Shown here piece after piece: positions 30,134 to 40,912 of a DNA stretch of 64,000 nt (its first letter is position 1; each line of letters begins with the position of its first letter). Origin of the DNA: Nitrospirales bacterium (lineage in GTDB: Bacteria > Nitrospirota > Nitrospiria > Nitrospirales > UBA8639). The DNA is taken from the NCBI GenBank assembly GCA_963555755.3, contig OY820905.2, forward strand, positions 4,480,001-4,544,000, written 5' to 3'. The notes beneath the pieces are model-generated. The model saw only the letters and a list, made by a program, of their open reading frames with translations. It ran no database searches and was not told where the DNA came from. Position numbers and translations under genes: made by a program.

Positions 30134-30247
30134 GAAAAGGATGGGGAAATCTGGCCAACTCCGGCGCATCCGCAGTAGATTCGTCTAATCTGGGACAGGT
30201 TTCTAGCTGCGTGAGCCGGTGAGAATGCGTTGGTTTATTGATTCTCT

Positions 30248-30580
30248 ATGAAAAACCAAAACACTCAAGACTCTGTGGCCCAGAAAGAGGTTCCTTGGCT
30301 CGATGAATATTGGGTGTCAAAAATGCCTATTGTGTTGCATGCCCTAGCCAATAAATTGCTTCCGATTATGGCCTTTTCGGATTTGGGTTCCCGGCGTTGT
30401 GACGATCCACAACTTCGTGAGTATTTTGACAAGATCCGTAAGGCGGCTGCCGACTCTCGAGAGTTCATTAATCAACTTCGGCAAGAATTTCAACAGAATC
30501 AGCCACAGAGTCAGCCACAGAGTCAGATGAACCCGTCCGAACCTATTCGTTCCTCATCCGACGACGGGCTGGTATCATGA
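30248..30580 (+). CDS. Small protein resembling a stand-alone HisKA/DHp phosphoacceptor domain
   Basis: IVLHALANKLLPIMAFSDL...YFDKIRKAAADSREFINQLR; QPQS repeat tail. Confidence 0.55.
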   Translation: MKNQNTQDSVAQKEVPWLDEYWVSKMPIVLHALANKLLPIMAFSDLGSRRCDDPQLREYFDKIRKAAADSREFINQLRQEFQQNQPQSQPQSQMNPSEPIRSSSDDGLVS

Positions 30581-30774
30581 GTGTTGATGATGGTGTCATG
30601 GTCGTCATGTATCGGTGGGTGGTGCTTGTGCAAAGGTCACGAATGAAATGAGTGTCTTACTTTTTATGTTTTGGCGGCGAAGGTGGAAAAACCGGTGCTT
30701 ATGGGAATGGCGTCCCTGGGAAAAATTGTAACCCTGGGCCCGGCCCTGACCCAAAAAGGGCCGAATTTGTAATG

Positions 30775-30899
30775 GGTGACGCGTCATGCGTGATGAGTAA
30801 GGAGGCAAGAAGGTGAAAGTTAACACGACTCCTCCGCTTCACATATCACACTTCACGTCTTTCAAAGAACGCCGCGGACGCCCTTTTTCAACATTCCCC
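30775..30899. repeat. Inverted heptamer array plus right end of a family A MITE
   Basis: GGTGACG/CGTCATG/CGTGATG...TTCACAT/ATCACAC/TTCACGT, then GAACGCCGC...CTTTTTCAACATTCCC. Confidence 0.6.
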
Positions 30900-30915
30900 A
30901 GAAAGGACGGGAAGG

Positions 30916-31533
30916 ATGAGTGACCACCCGCTGAATGAATCCCAGAATGATGAGCGACGACAGGATTTTCGCGCCGATGTGTCCATGTGCATCTCGGTCG
31001 ATATGCCGTTGGCCCTTTCTTACGAGCCGGTCACCCCAGGCAATGGGTACTCGATGCCATGGCAATGGGATGACTTAGCGGTGTCACCTGATTTGGTGAA
31101 GGCCATGGTCAAACAAGTGGATTTGGTGACTCAGGAGCCCATGTTACTGCAAATGCTCACACGGATTGATTGGATGCTAACGACCGTCATGAAAATCTTG
31201 GGAAAAGACCATCATGTGCAACAAGCCTTTCCTGAATTTTTAACCGCCAATGTGAGCGGGTCGGGTATTCGATTCGTGGGTCGGCAAGAATTTCAGGTCA
31301 ACAACCATTTGGTGCTTCGAATGATACTTCGGCCTTTTGTCCCCATCCAGGCCTTGGCCAAAGTTCTTCGAGTTCGGACGGTGACGGTTGACGGCGAATC
31401 CCGATGGGAAGCCGCCTGTGAATTTTCAGAGATCGGACCTGATGATCGGGAAGCCATCATCCGGCATGTCTTGCGCGCTCAAGCGGTCCTGCAACGTCAA
31501 CGTCAGGCTAGTGAAGAAGCCGTAACGCTCTAG
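30916..31533 (+). CDS. PilZ domain protein (c-di-GMP effector)
   Basis: RxxxR (ERRQDFR) and NxSxxG (NVSGSG) motifs; ACEFSEI...DREAIIRHV. Confidence 0.85.
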   Translation: MSDHPLNESQNDERRQDFRADVSMCISVDMPLALSYEPVTPGNGYSMPWQWDDLAVSPDLVKAMVKQVDLVTQEPMLLQMLTRIDWMLTTVMKILGKDHHVQQAFPEFLTANVSGSGIRFVGRQEFQVNNHLVLRMILRPFVPIQALAKVLRVRTVTVDGESRWEAACEFSEIGPDDREAIIRHVLRAQAVLQRQRQASEEAVTL

Positions 31534-31612
31534 TTCGTCGCTGGTTGCTAGTACCTTCGGATCTTTAGCACCTCTTTTTTTTCTAGCAACCAGCGACGAG
31601 AAACGAGCGACT
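31531..31612. repeat. Inverted heptamer array starting at the PilZ stop
   Basis: TCGTCGC/TGGTTGC/TAGT...CTAGCAA/CCAGCGA/CGAGAAA/CGAGCGA. Confidence 0.65.
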
Positions 31613-31720
31613 GATAATCTTCCGAGTGGTTGTGGAAAGTCCTGATGCATGGTGGTCATGGGATGTCCAATTGGACCAAGTGCTGAAAAAGGTTGGGGTG
31701 GACGTTCCCAGCCTTGGTCT

Positions 31721-33397
31721 ATGGGACTGCTCGTCTATGTCGTGTGGGTTGCGAGTTTGATCCTTGGCTGTGCCGAGGTCGAGAATCCAACGGTCCTTCC
31801 TACAGCCATCCATGATCCAGCCTCCCTGCCCTCTGTTGTCACTCTTCAGCCGGTTTCTCCACCGTATTCCCTCGCCATCCTTCCCTTTGAAGATTATTCC
31901 AATCGACCTGATTTGAGTTGGTTGCGACAAGGTTTGCCCGACATGTTGGTCACGGACTTGGCACTGCTTCCGGGGGTTCGAGTCGTGTCACGGCATCGGC
32001 TGGGCGAAGTCCTCCGAGAGCAATGGCTGCAGCACCGCGGTTCGTTTGAAGAGGCGTCTACCGTTCGGTTGGGACGATTGCTTGGCGCCCGCTATCTCTT
32101 GAGTGGCCAGTATTATGGTGGAGGAGACGACTTGGTCTTGGAAGTCCATCTGCTTGGGGTGGAGCATGGGGCGGTCATCCGTACGTTTCGGGTGACTGGT
32201 TCGGCCGATGCCATCCAGGATTTGGAACTCGATCTCGCGTCCCGTTTAGGACGGGTGTTTGATTCCGCGGCGATAGGGCAGACTGAGGATGCGGGTTCCG
32301 ATTCTGTTGTGGAGGACAACTCTCCAGCGAGGCAATTTGATCCCCAGGAGATACGTGCAATTCAAAAAGAGGTTATGACTCAGGACCAATTACCTGAAGC
32401 GCATGACCCACTCACGACGACCCTCCGGATCGATACGGTCTTGGGGTTGGAGCGCCTCCGATATGTGCGTGAGGCAGCGGCGCGTATAGCTCATGACCTG
32501 TGGACCCAGTCTCTAGTCATTCGATTGGGGGCATTGCGGTACGAGTCTCAAGCTGGAAATGATCTAGGTCCGGATTCCTTGATCGTGAGCGTTCCGTTGT
32601 CGGCCACCATTCGGGAAGAAACCATTCGACGGCTCGACTCAACGTTAACGATTGTGGAGCCTGATGATGGTGTGGAAGGAACTGATCTTGTTCTGCGGTA
32701 TGAAGAATCCGATGCTGGAGCGCAACAATTGTTTCGCGAAGCCCTCCAATCACCTCGACGAATATTTGTTCGTGCGATTCGAGAATCAGGGGAGGTGCTC
32801 GCGGTTTCTTCCGAATGGTCCTGGCGAACGGATTTGCATGTTCGTGTTCAACCTGATGGAACAGTCAGTCTCCTTCAATCCTCATCTCCATTCCTGAAAG
32901 GGAACGCCACATTTGGAGGGGCGCTCCTGACTAGCCACGATTCCACCATCACGTTTGATGCCGTGGTCGTTCCGGTTCCTGAAGAATCCCGATCCATCTC
33001 CGTTGAATTCGTCATGGATCAGCGCGAGGTGGACGATCCTCTCGCGACAGAAAGGGAATTGGCCGCATCTGTTCAAACCTGGTTGCTTCATCGTTGGTTT
33101 CCGCCTGTGGCGGAATCCATTCCCACGCCGGGGTATCTTCCTGGTAACCGCCGTCGAGGTGTGGCGTTGGTTTCGGGTAAAGGCGGGACGATCTCTCGGA
33201 TCCAGGTCATTCAGATCGATGAAGAGGAAAAATTTGCCCAAAGTGTGAACGATGCATTGCGAAAATTGCCGGGGACCTGTTTCCGAGAATGCGGGAAGCT
33301 TGACCCCAAGAAGGCCCCACCCAAATCGTTTTCCCTGCGAGTCCAGTTTGAATTAACGAAGGATATTCGGCATGCCGGACTCGGTCGTCTGAGATAA
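31721..33397 (+). CDS. Putative lipoprotein with CsgG/FlgO/TolB-N-like domain and TonB-C-like C-terminus
   Basis: Lipobox LILGC; LAILPFED...LPDMLVTDL...VVSRHRL...LGRLLGARYLLSG. Confidence 0.65.
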   Translation: MGLLVYVVWVASLILGCAEVENPTVLPTAIHDPASLPSVVTLQPVSPPYSLAILPFEDYSNRPDLSWLRQGLPDMLVTDLALLPGVRVVSRHRLGEVLREQWLQHRGSFEEASTVRLGRLLGARYLLSGQYYGGGDDLVLEVHLLGVEHGAVIRTFRVTGSADAIQDLELDLASRLGRVFDSAAIGQTEDAGSDSVVEDNSPARQFDPQEIRAIQKEVMTQDQLPEAHDPLTTTLRIDTVLGLERLRYVREAAARIAHDLWTQSLVIRLGALRYESQAGNDLGPDSLIVSVPLSATIREETIRRLDSTLTIVEPDDGVEGTDLVLRYEESDAGAQQLFREALQSPRRIFVRAIRESGEVLAVSSEWSWRTDLHVRVQPDGTVSLLQSSSPFLKGNATFGGALLTSHDSTITFDAVVVPVPEESRSISVEFVMDQREVDDPLATERELAASVQTWLLHRWFPPVAESIPTPGYLPGNRRRGVALVSGKGGTISRIQVIQIDEEEKFAQSVNDALRKLPGTCFRECGKLDPKKAPPKSFSLRVQFELTKDIRHAGLGRLR

Positions 33398-33740
33398 GGG
33401 CCGGCTAAACAATAACTGGGACAAAATCGCACCTAGATTTGGGGCGACTTTGGACGTAACGATTGAGAAAAAGCCATGGCATAGCACCGCTATGTTGAGG
33501 CTGTTTCGATTGAGGTATGTTCAACCTAGAAACGGCGGTTGGGCACAAAAAAGCCGTGCAAGCTATTGGTGTGCATGGTGACATACAAAAAGTCGTGGTC
33601 ACCTTGGTGGTGATGAGACATTTTTGTATTTTGCCAGGTGCGCCAAGAGGTTGTGCGGACTTTTGTGATCCAACTGCCGTTTCTAGGTTCAAAGGTGGTC
33701 CGAAGATGGGATGGGATTTTGTCCCAGTTTTGGAAGGCCC
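33398..33740. mobile_element. Family B MITE interrupted by a family C MITE
   Basis: B-type left end GGGCCGGCTAAACAATAAC right after the TAA stop; B interior resumes after 33692. Confidence 0.8.
33525..33687. mobile_element. MITE family C (163 bp) with 5-bp TSD
   Basis: TIR CCTAGAAACGGC(G/A)GTTGG; TTCAA at 33520-33524 and 33688-33692; partial copy at 58820-58936. Confidence 0.9.
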
Positions 33741-34015
33741 ATATTGGGCTGCCTTGCGTGAGCCGATTCTGATATGGACCGATCTGTTTGATTCAACCAA
33801 GAGTCATGTCGATTCCACATCCCGTGAGGACCTTCACTCCAACTCGAAGAACTTTTCCCTGGAAACCACTTTCGTTCCTTAGGCTCTTGTTCGCGCATTC
33901 CTTAAAAAATTGGGGCCTTCCGTGTTTTCCATGAGTCGTCCCCAGCCTGTTTCTGATCCCTCTCCTTAGAAAGGAGGGGAATTTAAGGACGATTAGCCAT
34001 ACTGTTTACTCATGC

Positions 34016-35449
34016 TCATGTGGAAGAACCAAGAACTTTTCGTGATGGCTTGAGGGCTTGCTCCGCGGCCTGAGCTAACGCGGTATCGGCGCGGTGATCT
34101 TCTGAAAATATGCGAAGTTGCACGATCCGTGAAGGCAGAAATTCGAATAACTCGCGGAGGGTTTCTTTCTCCACGGCTTTGGTGGCTGGGTCGTAGACAT
34201 AAAATTGAAACTGTCCCATGTTGAGGACATTGATGGGGCGGGTATCCTTGCTGGCGATATCCACGCGAAAGATTGTGGTGGCGAGGCGGCGGGGAAGTTT
34301 TTTTCGAATCTTATGTTCAAGCGCTACGGCATTGGTGGCTGAGCCTCTTTCCTGATAGTCCCGCAAAGAGAGCAAGGCGCTATAGGCCATCTTCCATTTC
34401 ACTTTTCTCCCCAAGATTTGAGCCCATTCCTGTCCTAACCGTTGCTTGTTTCGATTCCGGGAAGAGGGCCATGTCCGAACCTGTTCCAACAGTGACCAGT
34501 CGGTGAGTTGCAGGTATTGTTTCATTCGTTGAAGAGGGTGGTGTGGAAAAATGACTTGCATCGTGTCATGAAAAATCTCGCGCAAGTGAAGATCGATGGC
34601 CCTGGTGGTGCGGTGGAAGTAGACATTGGAATAGAGATAGAGCCTGGCATTTAAAAACATCTGGAGGGCCGAAAGCCCATTTTTATGCAGGGTGACCCCT
34701 TTACGAGTGATGAGGGTATAGTGAATGAGCCGGTCGATATCAACCGGGCCTACGGCTACCCCACACATATACGAGTCGCGTAACACATAGTCGAAGTTGT
34801 CCGCTGTAAAGAGTCCACCGATCAGTGGCTGGAGGAGTCGAAGCCAATACGGGTATCCCTGACTCTTTTTTTGAGGATCTTTCAAAATGAGGAATGCGAG
34901 ATAGTCAGGATCGAGTTCCTCTCCTTGCGCAAACGCTCCAGACGGACTACGTCGTAACTTTTTAATGATTGGACCCAGATGCTCTCGTATGATGACCTGT
35001 CCGACCAACTCATGTGATAGCCCAAAATGGTTTAACACGTGATGATCAAAAAAGTGGCAGAAGGGGCCATGCCCCACGTCGTGTAACAGGGCTGTCACGC
35101 GGAGGAGTTCTTCGATAAACGGAAGGGACGGAGTCTCTGGATCAGTGAGGGCAAGACTCGAATACACTTGTTGCGCGAATCGGCCAGCCAGGTGCATGGC
35201 CCCCAGTGAATGCTGAAAGCGACTATGTTCCGCCGAGGGATAGACCCATCGTGCGCTCTGTAATTGATAGATGTATCGAAGCCGTTGGATCCACGGTGAA
35301 TCGATGAGGTCCTTCTCTGTGGTTTCCTGAGAGGGAGAGGTCTCTAGAGGAACGGTGAATTGGATGTATTGATGAATCGGGTCGGCAATGAGCGATATGT
35401 GGTTCAACAGTGGGTACGGCATGGGGGGCGGATGTTCGGTTATGGGCAA
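34016..35449 (-). CDS. HD-domain phosphohydrolase (YwfO/SAMHD1-like dNTPase family)
   Basis: DPIHQYI, IQRLRYIYQL, HSRFQHSLG, LLHDVGHGPFCH, ADNFDYVLRD, VYFHRT. Confidence 0.9.
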   Translation of the reverse strand: MPITEHPPPMPYPLLNHISLIADPIHQYIQFTVPLETSPSQETTEKDLIDSPWIQRLRYIYQLQSARWVYPSAEHSRFQHSLGAMHLAGRFAQQVYSSLALTDPETPSLPFIEELLRVTALLHDVGHGPFCHFFDHHVLNHFGLSHELVGQVIIREHLGPIIKKLRRSPSGAFAQGEELDPDYLAFLILKDPQKKSQGYPYWLRLLQPLIGGLFTADNFDYVLRDSYMCGVAVGPVDIDRLIHYTLITRKGVTLHKNGLSALQMFLNARLYLYSNVYFHRTTRAIDLHLREIFHDTMQVIFPHHPLQRMKQYLQLTDWSLLEQVRTWPSSRNRNKQRLGQEWAQILGRKVKWKMAYSALLSLRDYQERGSATNAVALEHKIRKKLPRRLATTIFRVDIASKDTRPINVLNMGQFQFYVYDPATKAVEKETLRELFEFLPSRIVQLRIFSEDHRADTALAQAAEQALKPSRKVLGSST

Positions 35450-35472
35450 TATTGAATTGGGCTGATTTTAAC

Positions 35473-35961
35473 TTAGGCTGGCTTTTCTGAACAACTAGCA
35501 GGATCGTGTGTGCCCACGGCGTGGTGTTTTCGGTGCCGGGAGATAAGGAGCAGTCCTAAAGGGTATGCAATCAACGCACCCAAAAGACTCAGCGTGCAGG
35601 CGCCAATGGTAAAGGGTAGGAGGTAGGGCACGATGACTTCGTAAAGGGCTTCCGTTGAAAGATTGTCCCAAGAAATGGCTGGAAGTTCCGGCATGCCGAG
35701 AAGCAGAAAGCCCGTCCACATGGTGGCCCCAAGAATTGGCACGGTGGTCCAGGGATTATTCACAAAGTTTCCTAGCAGTATGGCGGCAAAATTTAAGCGA
35801 AAGGCCCATGCGAAAAATATGGCGGAGAGGGTATGCAGCCCATAGGTTGGGCTAAAGGCAATGAATATACCCAGTGCAAAGGCCAGCGCCGTTCGGTGCG
35901 GTGACTCTTGAAGATGTAATACTTGAGTGAGTTGAGAACGAATAGAGGCGAGTGAAAACAC
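35473..35961 (-). CDS. DUF2062 membrane protein
   Basis: SPHRTALAFALGIFIAFSP...NNPWT. Confidence 0.85.
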   Translation of the reverse strand: MFSLASIRSQLTQVLHLQESPHRTALAFALGIFIAFSPTYGLHTLSAIFFAWAFRLNFAAILLGNFVNNPWTTVPILGATMWTGFLLLGMPELPAISWDNLSTEALYEVIVPYLLPFTIGACTLSLLGALIAYPLGLLLISRHRKHHAVGTHDPASCSEKPA

Positions 35962-35974
35962 GATGATGGAATAC

Positions 35975-37024
35975 TCAGGGTTTGGTGGAAAAGTGATCGT
36001 AACTCTGTCTCATGATTTTTCGGTTGATCCCGTCTTCTAACGTGAGCCTAAGGCCAAAGGGTTTCGGCTTTATTTCCCCGATACAGGTCATGGTGGTCTT
36101 GAGCGTGTGAGAGAGCTCGGTTACTCTGCCTTGATTTCGAGGGTTGATGGTAAACAGTAACTCGTAATCTTCCCCCCCCTCCAGCGCTATGTCAATGGGG
36201 TTGCACCGATGCGCTGCCGCGTAGGCATGGCATTGACGCGAAATGGGAAGGTGAGTGGCCCACAATTCGACTCCGACGCAACTCGCATGGCAGAGGTGGT
36301 GGATATCTCCTGAAAGTCCATCTGAGACATCAATGGCCGCATGGGCAAGACGACCCTGGGAAAGATGCTGTCCGATGGCCAGTCTCGGTGTCGGGCGCAG
36401 GTGTCTCTTTTTGAGAAATGTTTCATATGGCTGATGGGTAGTAGTTTTTTTCTGTTTCCTTTGGCGTTGCAAAATCTGAAGCCCGGCTTTGGAATCGCCC
36501 AATGTGCCGGTCACATACACTTGATCTCCTACTTTGGCGCCTTGACGGGTCAATGCACGATTGGCTCTCACATGTCCCAGGATGGTGAGACAAAGAAACA
36601 GGCCTGACTTTGATGTAGAGGTATCGCCTCCGACAAGAGAAATATTGTATTGCCGGCATGGTTTTTTAAATCCCTGATACAATGTTCGCACATTGTGTAT
36701 CGAATACGAAGGCGGAATTGCCAAAGCCACAAGGAGAAATTTTGGGATGCCCCCCATCGCGGCGATATCACTGATATTCGCCACGGCGATTCGATAGCCC
36801 ACGTCTTGTAATGATTCAAAGGCTAAATCAAAGTGGACCCCTTCAATGGCGAGGTCGGTGCTGGCAAGAAGGGATTCCTTGGGTGAGGTGCGCAGAATGG
36901 CGGCATCATCTCCAATGCCTTGGATGACCTCGGAACCGAGTGTGTGACAATGTTTGTGCAGGTCGCGAATAAGGCCAAATTCTCCGAGGGCGTGAAGCGT
37001 TGATGGCCGCGACGCAGGTGTCAT
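35975..37024 (-). CDS. thiL: Thiamine-monophosphate kinase
   Basis: GEFGLI, GIGDDAA, EGVHF, NISDIAAMGG, VGGDT, IDVSDGL, GGEDYELLFT. Confidence 0.96.
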   Translation of the reverse strand: MTPASRPSTLHALGEFGLIRDLHKHCHTLGSEVIQGIGDDAAILRTSPKESLLASTDLAIEGVHFDLAFESLQDVGYRIAVANISDIAAMGGIPKFLLVALAIPPSYSIHNVRTLYQGFKKPCRQYNISLVGGDTSTSKSGLFLCLTILGHVRANRALTRQGAKVGDQVYVTGTLGDSKAGLQILQRQRKQKKTTTHQPYETFLKKRHLRPTPRLAIGQHLSQGRLAHAAIDVSDGLSGDIHHLCHASCVGVELWATHLPISRQCHAYAAAHRCNPIDIALEGGEDYELLFTINPRNQGRVTELSHTLKTTMTCIGEIKPKPFGLRLTLEDGINRKIMRQSYDHFSTKP

Positions 37025-39543
37025 CGTGAGGAATGGGGTGGGGAAAGAGTCCGGTTCGCTTTTGCGCGGGGCGTAGGAGCCGCCGCCACGCGTTTTTTCT
37101 GATTCGCCGTTGATGTTCGGGAGCGCAGCGATTTGATTGTTTTGGATTTTGTGTGCGGGGCTTTGACCGGTTTCAGTTTTCTCCGCATATGTGGAGGTAA
37201 ATGAAGGGCGGCTTGGAACACATCATCCATCGTTTCCGCGAAAATGAAGTGGACCTCTTTGAGGAGGTGTTTGGGGAGCTCCTCCAAATCTTTTTCATTG
37301 CGTTTAGGAATAATGATATTGGTGACGGTCGCCCGTTTGGCTGCGAGGACTTTTTCCTTGAGTCCGCCGATGGGGAGCACGCGTCCTCTTAACGTGACTT
37401 CGCCGGTCATGGCGACATCATGCCGAGTCGGGAGGTTGGCTAAACTCGAGGTAATGGCCGCGGCCATGGTAATGCCCGCCGAGGGCCCGTCTTTGGGTAT
37501 GGCACCTGCGGGGACATGAATGTGGATATCCGTTTTCGAGAAGGTATCGGGTTTGATGCCGAGTCGTTGGGCTTGTGACCGAACGTAGCTCAACGCCGCT
37601 TGCGCCGATTCTTTCATGACATCTCCCAAATGTCCGGTCAGCGTTAACTGGCCTTTCCCCTTCATGGCCGTGGCTTCGATGTGCAGAATTTCTCCCCCGG
37701 ATTCGGTCCAGGCAAGGCCCGTGGCGACACCAACCTGATCTTTTTCTTTCTCGGTTTCCGGCATATACTTGGGGACGCCCAAGTATTTTTGCAGGGACGT
37801 TGGGGTAATCGTGTGGAGTGTGACTTTTCCTTCGGCGACACGCTTGGCGACTTTGCGCATGGCATTGGCGATTTCTCGCTCGAGGTTTCTGACTCCCGCT
37901 TCGCGGGTATAGTGACTGATGATTCGTTGAAGGGCCGGGTCCATGAGGCGGAAATGCTTTTCCGTAATCCCATGTTCTTCCAGTTGGCGGGGTAGCAAGA
38001 AGCGACGGGCAATGCCCAGTTTCTCTTCCTCCGTGTAACCGGGGATTGCGATGATTTCCATACGATCGCGCAGGGCGGAAAGGATGGGATCAATCACGTT
38101 GGCGGTGGTGATGAACATGACATTACTGAGGTCAAACGGGACTCCCAAGTAATGGTCGGAAAACGCGTGGTTTTGTTCGGGGTCCAACACTTCTAACAGG
38201 GCGGCGGAGGGGTCCCCGCGATAATCCATACCGACCTTATCGATTTCATCAAGCATGAAAACAGGATTGTTGGTGCCGGCTTGCTTGATCCCTTGCATGA
38301 TGCGTCCGGGAAGCGCGCCGACATACGTGCGGCGGTGTCCACGGATCTCTGCTTCATCCCGCACCCCGCCAAGGCTGATGCGAACGAATTCTCGGCCTAG
38401 CGCACGTGCAATCGATTTGCCCAGGGATGTTTTGCCAACCCCAGGAGGACCCGCAAAGCACAAGATTGGGCCTTTGAGTTTGTTTTTTAATTTTCGAACG
38501 GCCAGGTATTCCAAAATCCGTTCCTTGACTTTTTCCAGGTCATAGTGGTCGTCGTTGAGCACTTTATGCGCGGCGGGAATATCCAGGTTATCGTCCGAGG
38601 CCTTGCTCCAGGGAATTTCAACCAACCACTCCAAATAGGTCCGAACCGTCGCCGCTTCCGCGGTGTCGGGGTGCATTTTTTCTAGACGCTTCAGTTGTTT
38701 TTCGGCTTCTTTCAACACTTTCTCTGGCATGGCAGCTTCTTGAATCCGTTTGCGAAATTCTGCGGCTTCTTCCGCGCGTTCATCGAGTTCGCCCAGTTCT
38801 TTTTGAATGGCCTTGAGTTGTTCGCGAAGAAAATATTCTCGTTGGGTTTTATCGATTTCGCCCTTGGCCTCAGCTTGGATTTTTTGCTGCATCGACATTA
38901 CTTCGATTTCTTTTCCCAGAATGTCGGTCACTTGCTTCAAGCGGGCAAGGGGGTCTTCGGTTTCCAAAATCTCCTGGGTCACATCGACTTTTTGGGCGAG
39001 ATTCGAAATGATGATGTCAGCCAACCTTCCCGGTTCATCCAAGTTTTCAATCACGACCATCACATCTGGCATCAACATCTTCCCGAGGCTGGTCAATCGG
39101 TCCAAGGTTTCCTTGGCGGTGCGAAGTACGGCTTCCGTTTCGAGTGACGGTGGGCTGGCCGGAATCGCCGGGAGTTGATCAACCTGAACCGAATAGTATG
39201 GATTGCTCTGGATGTATTCGGTGATCCTTCCTTTCATAACACCTTGAACGAGAATTTTGATCCGCTCATCCGGGAGTTTGAGCATCCGCATGATCATGCC
39301 CACGGTTCCAATGGTAAAGATTTCCTCGGGGCCGGGTGTTTCCGTGTCGTGCGATTTCTGAGTCGCTAAAAACACCATTCGGTCTCCCTCGAGTGCGGCC
39401 TCGATCGCTTTAATCGACATGTCGCGGCCGACAAACAACGGGAGCACCATGTACGGGAACACCACGATATCTCTGACGGGGATCAGTGGAAGGGTGTCGG
39501 GGATTTTCACATTCTGGGGATCTAGGGCAAGTTCTTCAGACAT
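37021..39543 (-). CDS. lon: ATP-dependent Lon protease
   Basis: [44 protein letters not shown]. Confidence 0.98.
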   Translation of the reverse strand: MSEELALDPQNVKIPDTLPLIPVRDIVVFPYMVLPLFVGRDMSIKAIEAALEGDRMVFLATQKSHDTETPGPEEIFTIGTVGMIMRMLKLPDERIKILVQGVMKGRITEYIQSNPYYSVQVDQLPAIPASPPSLETEAVLRTAKETLDRLTSLGKMLMPDVMVVIENLDEPGRLADIIISNLAQKVDVTQEILETEDPLARLKQVTDILGKEIEVMSMQQKIQAEAKGEIDKTQREYFLREQLKAIQKELGELDERAEEAAEFRKRIQEAAMPEKVLKEAEKQLKRLEKMHPDTAEAATVRTYLEWLVEIPWSKASDDNLDIPAAHKVLNDDHYDLEKVKERILEYLAVRKLKNKLKGPILCFAGPPGVGKTSLGKSIARALGREFVRISLGGVRDEAEIRGHRRTYVGALPGRIMQGIKQAGTNNPVFMLDEIDKVGMDYRGDPSAALLEVLDPEQNHAFSDHYLGVPFDLSNVMFITTANVIDPILSALRDRMEIIAIPGYTEEEKLGIARRFLLPRQLEEHGITEKHFRLMDPALQRIISHYTREAGVRNLEREIANAMRKVAKRVAEGKVTLHTITPTSLQKYLGVPKYMPETEKEKDQVGVATGLAWTESGGEILHIEATAMKGKGQLTLTGHLGDVMKESAQAALSYVRSQAQRLGIKPDTFSKTDIHIHVPAGAIPKDGPSAGITMAAAITSSLANLPTRHDVAMTGEVTLRGRVLPIGGLKEKVLAAKRATVTNIIIPKRNEKDLEELPKHLLKEVHFIFAETMDDVFQAALHLPPHMRRKLKPVKAPHTKSKTIKSLRSRTSTANQKKRVAAAPTPRAKANRTLSPPHSSR

Positions 39544-39784
39544 AGATGAAATAACCTTAGCAATGTCAATTCGACATTTTTTGGTGTGGTTGACGATTGT
39601 GTTGAAATTTCCAACTGGGCTTAAATCATGGGGAAGCTGGATACTAGGTGAAGGAAAAAATGAATGTCAAGGAAGGAAAAGCATTGCAACAGGGCTATTT
39701 CATATTAAAGTGTAACTTTATAGATAATAAGGAATAATCGATTTAGGCTGGCTTTTTCTTTTCGTTTACGGCATACTCTTTTGC

Positions 39785-40912
39785 ATGCCAGACGAATCGC
39801 CAAGCGGACAGCCGGACATTGATCTGAGGCAAGTCGTGGTTCGCCCAATTGTCCGAGACGAAAAGGACGCCTTCAAGACCCTTCTCGACAGACACCACTA
39901 CCTCGGTCATGCCCCGCTGATTGGCCAATCGATACAATATCTCGCCTGTGTGCAGGATCGCTGGCTGGCCTTGCTGGTGTTTGCGGCGGCGGCCCTCAAA
40001 TCGAGACCGCGAGACCACTGGATCGGCTGGCCCCCCTGTTTTCAATGGCAACGACTCCATTTACTGGCCAACAACACCTGGTTTCTCATGCTGCCGGGCT
40101 GTTCGCAAAAGAACCTCGCCTCGAAAGTCCTGTCGCTCTGCGCGAAACGGATCTCGGCCGATTGGCAACTGTACCACGGCTACCCCTTGCTCCTCTTAGA
40201 GACCTTCGTCGATCCTGCCCGCTTCACCGGGACCTGCTATCGGGCCGCCGGGTGGCACGAGCTCGGTCTGACACGAGGGTTTCGCAAGTCGAACACGTGT
40301 TATGTTCAGCATGAGAGACCGAAGCGCATCCTAGTCGTGCGGCTGCATCCCCAAGCCCGAGAGATCCTTGCACGCCCGATGCTTGATCAGCCCTATCAGA
40401 AAGGAGAAGCGCCTCAGATGAGATTGAATACAAAACAGACGGACTCCCTCTTTACGTATGTGGTGCAGCTGACCGATCCCCGCCATTTGCAAGGGCAACG
40501 GCACACCCGACGCGCCCTCACGGCGATCATGTTCTGTGCCACCTTGTGCGGCGCGCGCGGCTATGAAGCGATCTCGGACTGGGCCCAGCAGTTATCGCAG
40601 CCGATGCGCAAGCGGCTAGGCTGTACTCAGCGAGGGGGGCGCTACCTCGTCCCGAGCCGCAGCACTCTTTACCGCTTTATCACGGCCGTCGACCCCTGTG
40701 AAGTCGATACCCTGCTCGGCCGGTGGCTGGACACCTTCGGCGGGGAGGATCAGGGCATTGCCATTGATGGGAAGACCATGCGGGGGACGTCGAAGGTCCC
40801 AAGCGAACAGACCCACGTCCTCAGCGCCGTCACCCATCAAGCCGGGCGCCACCTCACCCAAAAAAAGTTCACTCCAAGACCAATGAGATCCCCTGCGTGC
40901 GGCCCCTGTTAG
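39785..40912 (+). CDS. IS OrfA: DUF4338 (DruA-like) domain fused to the N-terminal part of the ISAs1 transposase
   Basis: HHYLG, RDHWIGW, ANNTWFL, NLASKVLS, LLETFVDPARFTGTCYRAAGW; then DPRHLQGQRH, IAIDGKTMRG. Confidence 0.88.
   Translation: MPDESPSGQPDIDLRQVVVRPIVRDEKDAFKTLLDRHHYLGHAPLIGQSIQYLACVQDRWLALLVFAAAALKSRPRDHWIGWPPCFQWQRLHLLANNTWFLMLPGCSQKNLASKVLSLCAKRISADWQLYHGYPLLLLETFVDPARFTGTCYRAAGWHELGLTRGFRKSNTCYVQHERPKRILVVRLHPQAREILARPMLDQPYQKGEAPQMRLNTKQTDSLFTYVVQLTDPRHLQGQRHTRRALTAIMFCATLCGARGYEAISDWAQQLSQPMRKRLGCTQRGGRYLVPSRSTLYRFITAVDPCEVDTLLGRWLDTFGGEDQGIAIDGKTMRGTSKVPSEQTHVLSAVTHQAGRHLTQKKFTPRPMRSPACGPC

Noticed and set aside
33957..33981. Hairpin CCCTCTCCTTAGAAAGGAGGGG as an intrinsic terminator
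   Set aside because: No clear U-tract on either strand; cannot distinguish it from a REP-like repeat
34016..35449. HD protein as an anti-phage dNTPase
   Set aside because: It lies at the end of a housekeeping lon-thiL-DUF2062 operon with no defence context
39785..40420. Druantia anti-phage system
   Set aside because: Only a DUF4338-like domain inside an IS; no DruE helicase or other dru genes in the window
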